64,000 nucleotides of DNA, from assembly GCA_964291675.2 (NCBI GenBank), contig OZ219866.1:1920001-1984000 (forward strand), written 5' to 3'. Origin of the DNA: Alphaproteobacteria bacterium. Lineage in GTDB: Bacteria > Pseudomonadota > Alphaproteobacteria > MPNO01. The notes under the pieces were generated by a model that was given only the letters and a program-made list of their open reading frames with translations, made no database searches and was not told the DNA's origin. Below are positions 11,483 to 19,998 of the stretch, one piece after another (within the stretch, counting starts at the first letter, position 1; each line of letters starts with the position of its first letter). The translations under genes and the position numbers were made by a program.

Positions 11483-11779
11483 GTGACCGGGCTTCCCGGG
11501 CCGGCGCTCGGTTGCGCGGCTCTGCTCGCCGCTTCCTGCGTCGCCGCACCGGTCCCGGAACCGCGCCCCGCCGCGCCGGCGCCGGGCCCTCCGGTGGTCC
11601 GCGAGGGCATGGTCCATACCCCGGCGGGCATTGGCCCGCGGGGGTGCGTTCTCTACCGTGTGAGCGTTCCGGGCGGCAAGGCGCCGGCCGCGCTGGTGTA
11701 CCGGAGCACGGACGGCGCGTTCACCTATGACCGTCCGGCCCGATGTGTGAGAAGCGGCGCGTCGGGGGCCTCGCGATGA
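11483..11779 (+). CDS. Small putative lipoprotein
   Basis: GTG start 4 nt after the protease stop; LAASC lipobox-like motif; two further Cys. Confidence 0.5.
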   Translation: MTGLPGPALGCAALLAASCVAAPVPEPRPAAPAPGPPVVREGMVHTPAGIGPRGCVLYRVSVPGGKAPAALVYRSTDGAFTYDRPARCVRSGASGASR

Positions 11780-11889
11780 CGCCGCCGCGTGCAGCCGGCG
11801 CTCGGTTCTTCCGTGCCGGCCCGCTTTCCTGGAGACACTTGGAAAGGAGACCCACCGATGCCGCGTAACGCATCCTCAACTACACAAGT

Positions 11890-12462
11890 CCACTGCTGTC
11901 CGGTTTAGATGCGCTGGATCGGGCGCAAAGCCTTGTTCCGGGCGGGATATCGGCGCATCCGCCGGATCGGGACACGGATCGCCGCACGCCTGCACTTGCC
12001 GTCCCTGCCCCTCCGTTGTCACCCCGGCCTCGTTCCGGGCACCCACGGCCGGGGCGGGCCGCACCCGGCTCCCGTACTCCTCCACCGCCACCCCCACCCC
12101 GTCATGGCCGGACTTGATCCGGCCACCCATGCGCGGACTTGATCCGCGCAACCACTGGCGCCGCCGCCCCTCTCGTCGGACCGTCGTGCGGGCGGAGGGG
12201 CTGCGTGGATGGCCGGATCACCCCCGGACTTGATCCGGGGGCCGGCCATGACGTAGGGGTAACAGCGGGAGCGGAGATGCAGATGCTCACGGGCGCGGAG
12301 CCCGCGTCGAAAATCTAACGGCCGCGGGCCGGGCACCGGACAGCAGTGGATCGAGTCCGGGCATGACGGAAGGGGGCCGGGCATGACGGGGTGGGGCGGG
12401 GCGGCGTTCCCGTCGGCGGTCTCCGCCAGTCGACCGCCCGTCAACCCATCCATATAAGCCCC
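11890..12462. mobile_element. Inverted copy of the REP/MITE mosaic
   Basis: TIRs at 11890 and ending at 12349; sequence is the reverse complement of blocks within 7241-7847. Confidence 0.8.
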
Positions 12463-12491
12463 CAAATATATCCCGAATACGCATTTTTCGC

Positions 12492-12520
12492 TTGACATGG
12501 GACACGTTTTGGGGTAGATT
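12492..12520 (+). promoter_or_regulatory. Sigma70-type promoter
   Basis: TTGACA (12492) - 17 bp - TAGATT (12515), followed by hairpin GGGGCGCCG...CGGCGCCCC. Confidence 0.65.
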
Positions 12521-12608
12521 TGCCACAGTCGCGAAATGGGGCGCCGGAGGTTTCGGCGCCCCTTTCTCGTGCCCGCACCCCTCGCATCGCAGAACGGAGT
12601 ATTGCCCG

Positions 12609-13400
12609 ATGGAAAATCGGCCGATCGGACATCTCGATCCCGTCGACCCCGCGACCGTCTGGAACACCGAGCCGGGCGATTTCGTCCCCTGGCTGATACA
12701 GCCGGCCAATCTGCGCCGTCTCGGCGACGCGCTCGGGCTCGACCTGGAGCCCCTGGCGCGGGAAGCCCCGGTGGGGCGGTTCCGCGCCGACATCGTCTGC
12801 CGCGACCGCCGCAGCGGCGGGCTGGTGGTGATCGAGGCGCAGCTCGGACAGTCCGACCACAGCCATCTCGGCCAGCTCCTGGCCTACGCGGACGGGCTCG
12901 ACGCCGGTGTCGTGGTCTGGCTCGGCAAGGGCTTCTACGACGAGCACCGCGCGGTGCTCGGCCGGCTCAACCGGTCCCGCGACCTCGGCATCCGCTGCTT
13001 CGCCGTGGCGATCGATCTGTGGGAGCTCGGCGGTCCCCTGGCCGCGGCGCAGTTCACCGTGCTCGCCGCGCCCGGCGACTGGCGCGGCCCGGCGGCCGGA
13101 ACGCCCGGCCACCGCCCGGCCCCGGCGAAGGCCGACGCCGCCCGGGCGGGAGCGGCGGATCGCCCGCCGCTGGGCAACCACCCGATACGGATGCGCCGGC
13201 TGGGCCGGGGCCTGACCCTGAAGCAGCTCGCCAGGGCCGCCGGGCTCAGCCCGGCCTGCGTGGCGCATATCGAGACCGGCCGGAACAAGGGTATGCCGAA
13301 GACCCTGGCCGCCATCGAGAGGGCGCTGAACCTGCCGCCCGGCGAGCTCGGCAGATGCGCGCAGCCCGCAACCGGCAGGCGGAAGAAGCCCGCGGCGTGA
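12609..13400 (+). CDS. PD-(D/E)xK-like nuclease domain (as at the N-terminus of DUF4268 proteins) fused to a C-terminal XRE HTH
   Basis: W..E..DF.PWL, ADIVC..VVIEAQL...DH.HLGQLL.YA; C-terminal GLTLKQLARAAGLS...IAHIETG. Confidence 0.75.
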   Translation: MENRPIGHLDPVDPATVWNTEPGDFVPWLIQPANLRRLGDALGLDLEPLAREAPVGRFRADIVCRDRRSGGLVVIEAQLGQSDHSHLGQLLAYADGLDAGVVVWLGKGFYDEHRAVLGRLNRSRDLGIRCFAVAIDLWELGGPLAAAQFTVLAAPGDWRGPAAGTPGHRPAPAKADAARAGAADRPPLGNHPIRMRRLGRGLTLKQLARAAGLSPACVAHIETGRNKGMPKTLAAIERALNLPPGELGRCAQPATGRRKKPAA

Positions 13401-13917
13401 GCGTCGCCGCCGCGCCCCGGCCGCCCGTCGTCCCGCAGCGCGCACAGGATGCGGCAGTCGCCGACGCGGCAGCGCCGGTAGCGGCCGGGTTCGGACCCGT
13501 GCAGCGGGGCGCCGGCCCGGCGCGGATCGTCGAGCCGGGCCAGGCGGTCTCGCAGACAGGCGCGGATGCGCGCCGCGCCCGGAGCGCGCGGCGAGCGCCC
13601 GCAACCGGTCGCAGGTGGCGTCGGGCAGACGCGCGGCGGTCTGTTTCACGGCGTCCTCCTGCGGTTGACCTGCATGCCACGCGTGCCCGCCCGAGCGGGC
13701 CGCGCTGCGCTGCACGAAGCGGAGAACGCCGCCGGTCCCGGACCGGAAGCCGACGCCATGAGCCGGGCAAGGCCGTGCGGCTTGAAACGGCTGCCGCGCC
13801 CGCCCATGTCGTTCATGCCTCATCTCCTGGCGAGGCGCTCATGGATGACGGCTGCGAGACGGGCGGCACGGGCCGGGGCGGGCGACAGCGTCGTCGGCCA
13901 GTGCGATATTCCGCCCC

Positions 13918-14808
13918 ATGACGCGGCGTTACAGCAAGGCGATCCGGGTGCTGCGCTATCTGACCGCCGCCGTCGTCGGCTACGCGTTGCTGACCGGCGG
14001 ACTGTTTCTCGGCCAGCGCCGGTTGCTCTATTTCCCCGACCGGGCGCCGCCGGATCTGGCGCTCGCGGGTCTCGACGGCATGGCGCCGGCGGCGCTGGCC
14101 ACGGATGACGGCCTGTCGCTCCTAGCGTGGTACGCGCCGGCGCGCGGCACGGGCAAGGCGACGCTGGTCTACTTCCACGGAAACGCGGGACATATCGGCC
14201 ACCGCGCCGGCAAGGTGCGGCCCTATCTCGACGCCGGCCACGGGGTGCTGTTGGTGAGCTGGCGCGGCTACGGCGGCAACGACGGCAGTCCGACCGAGGA
14301 TGGGCTGTATCGCGACGGCCGCGCCGCCTTCGCCTTTCTCGACCGGGCGGGCGTGGTGCCGGAGACGACGATCGTCTACGGCGAGTCGCTCGGCAGCGGC
14401 GTGGCGGTCCAGATGGCGCGGGAACGCCGCGTCGGCGGGGTGGTGCTGGAATCGCCCTATACGTCGATCCCCGCGGTCGCCGCGCACCATTACTGGTACA
14501 TTCCGGCCGCTTCCCTTGTCCGCGACAAGTTCGACTCCCTGTCCAAGATCGGCGGGATCGGCGCCCCGTTGCTGGTCCTTCACGGCGAGCGCGACCGCGT
14601 CGTCCCGGTCGAGTTCGGGCGCGAGCTCTTTGCCGCCGCCAGGGAACCCAAGACGTGGCGCGGCTTCGCGCAAGCCGGTCACGACCTCTACGGGGCCGGC
14701 GCGGCCGACGCGGTGCTCGCCTTCCTGTCCGAGGCCATGGGCAGGCCCGCCGAACCGGACAGCGCGGCCGACAGCGCCCCCGGGCCGGATCCGGCAGCGC
14801 CCCGGTGA
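13918..14808 (+). CDS. Alpha/beta hydrolase with N-terminal membrane anchor
   Basis: YFHGNAG, GESLG nucleophile motif, HGERD, GH. Confidence 0.9.
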   Translation: MTRRYSKAIRVLRYLTAAVVGYALLTGGLFLGQRRLLYFPDRAPPDLALAGLDGMAPAALATDDGLSLLAWYAPARGTGKATLVYFHGNAGHIGHRAGKVRPYLDAGHGVLLVSWRGYGGNDGSPTEDGLYRDGRAAFAFLDRAGVVPETTIVYGESLGSGVAVQMARERRVGGVVLESPYTSIPAVAAHHYWYIPAASLVRDKFDSLSKIGGIGAPLLVLHGERDRVVPVEFGRELFAAAREPKTWRGFAQAGHDLYGAGAADAVLAFLSEAMGRPAEPDSAADSAPGPDPAAPR

Positions 14809-14933
14809 CCCGCGGGGGCGAAGGGAATGGCCGCGGAGCGCCCCTCAAGCCGCTTTGACAGCGGGAACGATGGCCGGTAACAGCGTCGGGGGAAGGCTCG
14901 GACAAGCCCCGTTCCAAGCCGGAGGCGGAGAAG

Positions 14934-15449
14934 GTGGAAAGGGCGATCTGGCTGTCCTACGACCTCGGGACGAGCGTCGCCTTCCTGAAGAGCTATGAGT
15001 TCGAGCGGAACTTCCTGGAGTCCCTGAAGGCCGATGTCGGCGACGCGGTCACGATGAAGCGGCGCTCGCGCATCTATGTCACGTACAGGGACGACGGCCG
15101 CATGAGAGGCAGTTTCCTGTTCGGAAGGCGCAAGGCCCCGCCCTGGACCGGCTTCGGCGATCGGGCCGAACGGGAATTCGATGAAGACCGACGATCGGAC
15201 CGGAGCGGGTACCGGTCGATTCCGGTTTTGTCTTCGCGCCGTTCAACGAGCGCGACCGGCATCACGCGTCCGCGGGCCGGCTGGCAGGATGGTTGGACCT
15301 GGCGCGGGCCGTCTGGCCATGTCGACGCCGTGCCCTGCAATGTCATCGAAGACGTGAACGCACCGGTGTCCGCAATATTGACGTTCAACGAGCGGGATTT
15401 TCTGGACGTCTGCTTGCAGCACGACATCGAGCTGCTTACCGCCGACTGA
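14934..15449 (+). pseudogene. Decayed two-gene module: small WLSYDLG protein plus PIN/VapC toxin fragments
   Basis: PIN N-terminus VDSGFVFAPFNERDRHH in one frame and C-terminus ILTFNERDF in another; the middle is missing. Confidence 0.6.
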
Positions 15450-15535
15450 GATCGCGCCGACCGCGTTCTCAGGGTTGCGGCGCGGATGTCCGTCTGCCTC
15501 CGGCTTGGCGTCGCGGGCGTCTTCTCCGGACGGGG

Positions 15536-15579
15536 TTGACCCCCTGGAGTTCTTACCATATGTTACTAAAAAGGTAACA
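15536..15579 (+). promoter_or_regulatory. higBA promoter with palindromic operator
   Basis: TTGACC at 15536; inverted repeat TGTTAC-N7-GTAACA at 15561-15579. Confidence 0.6.
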
Positions 15580-15616
15580 ACAAGCTCCTCCGGCAAGATT
15601 ACCCTTCAGGAAACTC

Positions 15617-15964
15617 ATGGAGATCTTCGCCAGGGACAGGAAGCTCGCCGCGGCCCTTGAGCATGAACACGTGTGCAAGCGGCGTTTCGGAGTAGCGATG
15701 TGCAACAAGCTCAGAGTTCGACTGGCAGCTCTCCGAGCGGCGGACTCCCTGGCGACGTTCTGGCCGCCGAACTCGAGACCCGAGCGTTGTCACGAGTTGA
15801 AGGGCGCTCGCGCGGGAACCTTTTCAATCGATCTACAGCAACCGTATCGGCTGTTGTTCAAGCCGATCGAAGAAGAACCGCCAAGAGACCGATCGAACGA
15901 GCAGGAACGCTGGTCGTCGATAACTGAACTGGAAATACTAGGGATTGAGGACACCCATGGCTAG
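15617..15964 (+). CDS. higB: HigB/RelE-like toxin
   Basis: RCHELKG.RAG.FSIDL.QPYRLLF motif; lies upstream of its antitoxin. Confidence 0.85.
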   Translation: MEIFARDRKLAAALEHEHVCKRRFGVAMCNKLRVRLAALRAADSLATFWPPNSRPERCHELKGARAGTFSIDLQQPYRLLFKPIEEEPPRDRSNEQERWSSITELEILGIEDTHG

Positions 15965-17081
15965 CAATGACCGTATTCCCATCGAACCGATGGCGACACC
16001 GCATCCTGGAGAGGTGATCGTCGAGTACCTTGCCTCCCATGGCTGGACCCAACGAGAGCTCGCCCGGCGTACCGGCCTTACACCCAAGACAATCAGCGTG
16101 ATCTGCCGCGCCAAGGCATCGGTCACTGCGACGACAGCCTTGTCGTTGGAGCGGGTCTTCCGGCGTCCGGCGCATTTGTGGCTAAACCTTCAAAGGCAAT
16201 TCGACGAGGCAGAGGCGCGGCAACGGGCGCTTGAAGACTCTGTTCGATGGAAGAATTGGGCGAGTACTTTTCCTCTCCGGGACATGAAAAGGCTCCGGTT
16301 CTCATTGCAGCCAGCCAGCTCCGATGTCGATACGCTGCTCAACTATCTGGGCGTCTCCTCCCCGGATAGTTGGGATGCGGTATGGCAAGACTGTGACATC
16401 GCCTACAGACAGACGCGGCACTTGACCGGGAGCATGGCGTCAATTTCTGCGTGGGTGCGCGAAACCGAGCTGTTGGCCGGGGAGATCCAGACGGAAAATT
16501 ACAACGAGACAGTTCTCCGCTCACTTGTCGAAGAGCTTCGACGGCTCACGACTGAGCGCGTGGACGAGGCTATGGGGGCGGTCCAGGAACTTTGTGCGAA
16601 AGCGGGCGTCGCCGTCGTCCGGGTGCCGCAATTGCCGAATTCGGGAATTAGCGGATGTGCCAGGTGGCTGAACGACACCAAGGCCCTTATCGGCCTTACG
16701 CATCGGTACGAAACCGACGACCAAATGTGGTTTTCCTTTTTCCACGAATTGGGGCACTTGCTGCTGCACAAGAGAATGCGTCCATTTGTTCTCGACAACG
16801 CCGTGGATGACCTGTTCGACAGAATTGTCGATCCAGAGATGGAGAAATTCGAAACGGAGGCCAACCAATTTGCCGCAGATACATTGATTCCTCCCGCAGC
16901 GCTGGACGAGTTCATAAGGCGGAAGACTTTTTCAAACGATGGCATTTGCGATTTTGCACGAACTATGGGTGTGTCTCCAGGAATTGTCGTAGGTCGACTT
17001 CAATATCTTGGACTGCTCGAAGCCTGCCAAGGCAATGCTCTCAAACAGAAACTTGCATGGCACATGGCTGAGGCCGAATGA
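15957..17081 (+). CDS. higA: HigA-type HTH antitoxin fused to an ImmA/IrrE Zn-metallopeptidase
   Basis: HPGE..., GWTQRELARR HTH, WLNLQ; FFHELGH and E.EAN.FA motifs. Confidence 0.9.
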   Translation: MASNDRIPIEPMATPHPGEVIVEYLASHGWTQRELARRTGLTPKTISVICRAKASVTATTALSLERVFRRPAHLWLNLQRQFDEAEARQRALEDSVRWKNWASTFPLRDMKRLRFSLQPASSDVDTLLNYLGVSSPDSWDAVWQDCDIAYRQTRHLTGSMASISAWVRETELLAGEIQTENYNETVLRSLVEELRRLTTERVDEAMGAVQELCAKAGVAVVRVPQLPNSGISGCARWLNDTKALIGLTHRYETDDQMWFSFFHELGHLLLHKRMRPFVLDNAVDDLFDRIVDPEMEKFETEANQFAADTLIPPAALDEFIRRKTFSNDGICDFARTMGVSPGIVVGRLQYLGLLEACQGNALKQKLAWHMAEAE

Positions 17082-17314
17082 GCACGACTCTTGACGGTCG
17101 CGCGCCGGCGGCCCGAACTGTCAGGTGATTACCGTCCCACTACATGCGAAGGATCGGTATCCGGGTCCCAACCCCGGCTTGGGGTCGTGTCCCCGGACGA
17201 GGTGCAGGCGTTCCGGGTTCGGTTGGCAGCCGTGGGCAAATGACCCGCCGCGGCGACCGTCGTGAATGTGGCGGCGAGGCGTTCCTGGATACGCCCCGGG
17301 CTCGATCCGGCGCC

Positions 17315-18018
17315 GTATCGAAGGGGGCTTATGCCGAATACTTGACGGGCGGGTGGCCAACGACACTTCTTCCGTCATGCCCGGCCCCCGGATCGAGTCC
17401 GGGGGTGACGAGGGGGGTACATGACGAGGTGGGGCAGCATGGAAGCATGGGGAGCGTTCGGGCGCTCGGGCACGACGCCGGGGTTCGCCGGCGGGCACGC
17501 CGCAGATCGCGCCGCGCGGCCGCGCCGCTCCCCGTGACGCCCGGCCCCCGCTCCTTCTCCCCGTTACTCCACCGACTCCCCCGCTACTCCCCCCGTCATG
17601 CCCGGACTTGATCCACTGCTGTCCGGTTTAGCCTTCGACGCGCGTCGCGCCCGGCGTTTCCCGTCCCATCACCATGCCTCCCCCCATCGTCATGCCCGGA
17701 CTTGATCCGGGCATCCACTGGCGCCGCCGCTCCTCCCGACGGGGCGTTGTACCGGTGGCGCCAGTTGTTGCGCGGATCAAGTCCGCGCATGGGTGGCCGG
17801 ATCAAGTCCGGCCATGACGGGGTGGGGGTCGCGGTGCAGGAGTACGGGAGCCGGGTGCGGCCCGCCCCGGCCGTGGGTGCCCGGAACGAGGCCGGGGTGA
17901 CAACGGAGGGGCAGAGACGGCAAGTGCGGGCGTGCGGCGATCCGTGTCCCGATCCGGCGGATGCGCCGATATCCCGCCCGGAACAAGGCTTTGTGCCCAG
18001 TCCAGCTCACATAAACCG
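17315..18018. repeat. REP/MITE mosaic whose MITE right end is interrupted by IS110
   Basis: TIR at 17613; body matches 7525-7835; the terminus continues at 19925-19937. Confidence 0.85.
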
Positions 18019-18360
18019 TCATGGTCTCGGCGGTGCTGAGCCACCCCGTGGCATGAAACTCGGGGCGTTCGGCTGAGGGTTTGCCGATCGTCGCGCGGGT
18101 CTGCCGTGGCAGGATGGGAATGGTGGAGGCGGCGACGCGTGAGCGTTCCGTTTATCGGTGATGTGGTTCCCGAGATATAAACTGCTTCCGGCGGTCGGCT
18201 CCGCACCCCGTACTGTGCCCGGCCCGCGGCCGTGGACGCGCGGCAAATCGAACCGCACCCGCTCGACGGGTGCGTGTCCTTCCGACCGCTGTCCCCGCCT
18301 CCACCGTGGCGATGCCACGGCGCGATCCTACGCCGCCGTGGCGAGAGCGCAACGAGGAGG
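18019..18360 (+). ncRNA. Candidate bridge RNA region (non-coding left end of IS110)
   Basis: ~350-bp hairpin-rich leader upstream of the recombinase, the position of bridge RNAs in IS110-group elements; RNA boundaries not determined. Confidence 0.55.
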
Positions 18361-18366
18361 ACAGCG

Positions 18367-19617
18367 ATGAAGACGGAAGGCTTGCACGTCGTGCGGCCGC
18401 GCGCGGCGGGTCTGGACGTGCACAAGATGGAGATCACCGCGACGGTTCGCCTGTGCGAGGGCGAGGGCGAGCCGGTGGTGGAGACGCGCTGCTTCAGCTC
18501 GCTTCCGAGCGGTCTGGCGGAGATGGTCGCCTGGCTGACCGGTCGCCGCGTCGAGGCCGCTGTCATGGAAGGGACCGGGATCTACTGGCAGGCGCCCTTC
18601 GCGGCGGTGGAGGCGGCGGGGATCGAAGCGATCCTGGTGCACGCGCGTCAGGTCAAGCAGTTGAAGGGGCGCAAGACCGATGTCGCCGACAGCGTGTGGC
18701 TGGCCTGCGTGTGCCAGTTCGGGCTCTGCACGCCTTCCCATGTTCCCCCCGAGCCGTTCCGGGAGCTGCGCTCGCTGAGCCGCCAGCGGCGTACCCTGGT
18801 CAGGCAGCGCTCGACCGTGCGCAACCGGGTGCAGAAGATCGTCGACCGCGCCGGCCTGCGCATCGGCGGCATCCTCTCCGACGTCTTCGGCGTCAACGGC
18901 CGCAAGATCCTCGACGGGCTGGCGCAAGCCACGCCGCGCGCGGTCATCCTCGCCTCGCTCACCGGCCACGTCGCCAACAAGCTGGAGGGGCTCGGCGAGG
19001 CGCTCTCCCTGAGCCTGGGCGACAACGACCGCTTCATGCTCGGCGATCTGCTGGACGAGCATGACGCGCTCGAGGCGCGCATCGCGTCCTACGGCGAGAA
19101 GATCGACCGGCAGATGACGCCGTGGCAGGAACAGCTCCGCCTGCTGACCACCATCCCCGGCATCGACCGCATCGCCGCCTCGACCATCCTGATCGAGATC
19201 GGCCCGGATATCGAGGCGTTCGCCTCCAAGCAGCACTTCGCCGCCTGGGCCGGGCTCTGCCCCGGCAACAACGAAAGCGGCGGAAAGCGCCGCAACGCGC
19301 GCACCCGAAGGGGCTCCAAGACGCTGCGCGCCAGCCTCGTCGAATGTGCCCACGGCGCGGCCCGAACCAAGGGGTGCCAGTTCGAGGCCCACCACCGCGC
19401 GCTCGCCGCCCGGCGCGGATACAAGCGCGCCATCGTGGCCAGCGCACACAAGATGCTGCGCATCGTTTATGTCGTGCTCAAGACCGGCAGGCCCTACTAC
19501 GACCGCACCGCCGACTACGACGCGCTGATGGTCAAGCGCAACGCCCCGCGCTGGATCCGAATGCTCCGCCGCTACGGCTACATCCAACCCCGGCGCGCCG
19601 AACCCAAGGCCACCTGA
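18367..19617 (+). CDS. IS110-family DEDD recombinase/transposase
   Basis: GLDVHK, MEGTG, KTDVADS, TIPGI, ESGG serine motif; RBS GAGGAGG. Confidence 0.97.
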   Translation: MKTEGLHVVRPRAAGLDVHKMEITATVRLCEGEGEPVVETRCFSSLPSGLAEMVAWLTGRRVEAAVMEGTGIYWQAPFAAVEAAGIEAILVHARQVKQLKGRKTDVADSVWLACVCQFGLCTPSHVPPEPFRELRSLSRQRRTLVRQRSTVRNRVQKIVDRAGLRIGGILSDVFGVNGRKILDGLAQATPRAVILASLTGHVANKLEGLGEALSLSLGDNDRFMLGDLLDEHDALEARIASYGEKIDRQMTPWQEQLRLLTTIPGIDRIAASTILIEIGPDIEAFASKQHFAAWAGLCPGNNESGGKRRNARTRRGSKTLRASLVECAHGAARTKGCQFEAHHRALAARRGYKRAIVASAHKMLRIVYVVLKTGRPYYDRTADYDALMVKRNAPRWIRMLRRYGYIQPRRAEPKAT

Positions 19618-19628
19618 CCGGCCCGCAT

Positions 19629-19924
19629 AACGCCGGACCGCCGCGCGGGACCGCTTCGGGCCACATCGGGGAAGTCCACCGCTCGTCTCGCCGCCCCCTT
19701 CCGGCGATCTCAGCCAACTCCCTCCCGGCGTTGGATGGGGCCCTCGCGCGCCCCCACCGAAACTGTTTCACGGCAACGCCGGACCGCCGCGCGGGACCGC
19801 TTCGGGCCACATCGGGGAAGTCCACCGCTCGTCTCCGCCGCCCCCTTCCGGCGATCTCAGCCAACTCCCTCCCGGCGTTGGATGGGGCCCTCGCGCGCCC
19901 CCACCGAAACTGTTTCACGGCAAC
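19629..19924 (+). repeat. Tandem duplication of the IS110 right end (~146 bp, two copies)
   Basis: Copies start at 19629 and 19775 and differ by one C. Confidence 0.95.
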
Positions 19925-19998
19925 CGGACAGCAGTGGATCGAGTCCGGCCATGACGAGTGGGGGTGCCGGCGGTGAGTTCGCGGCGGCCCGCGCGCCC

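Larger units (their letters stand above)
18017..19924 (+). mobile_element. IS110-family element
   Basis: Both junctions share AACCG (18014-18018 and 19922-19926); removing the element restores the MITE end ATAAACCGGACAGCAGTGG; no TSD beyond the shared core. Confidence 0.9.

Noticed and set aside
13397-13921. GTGA-coupled Ala/Arg/Pro-rich ORF after the nuclease-HTH gene
   Set aside because: Low complexity and no recognisable motifs; expected by chance at this GC content.
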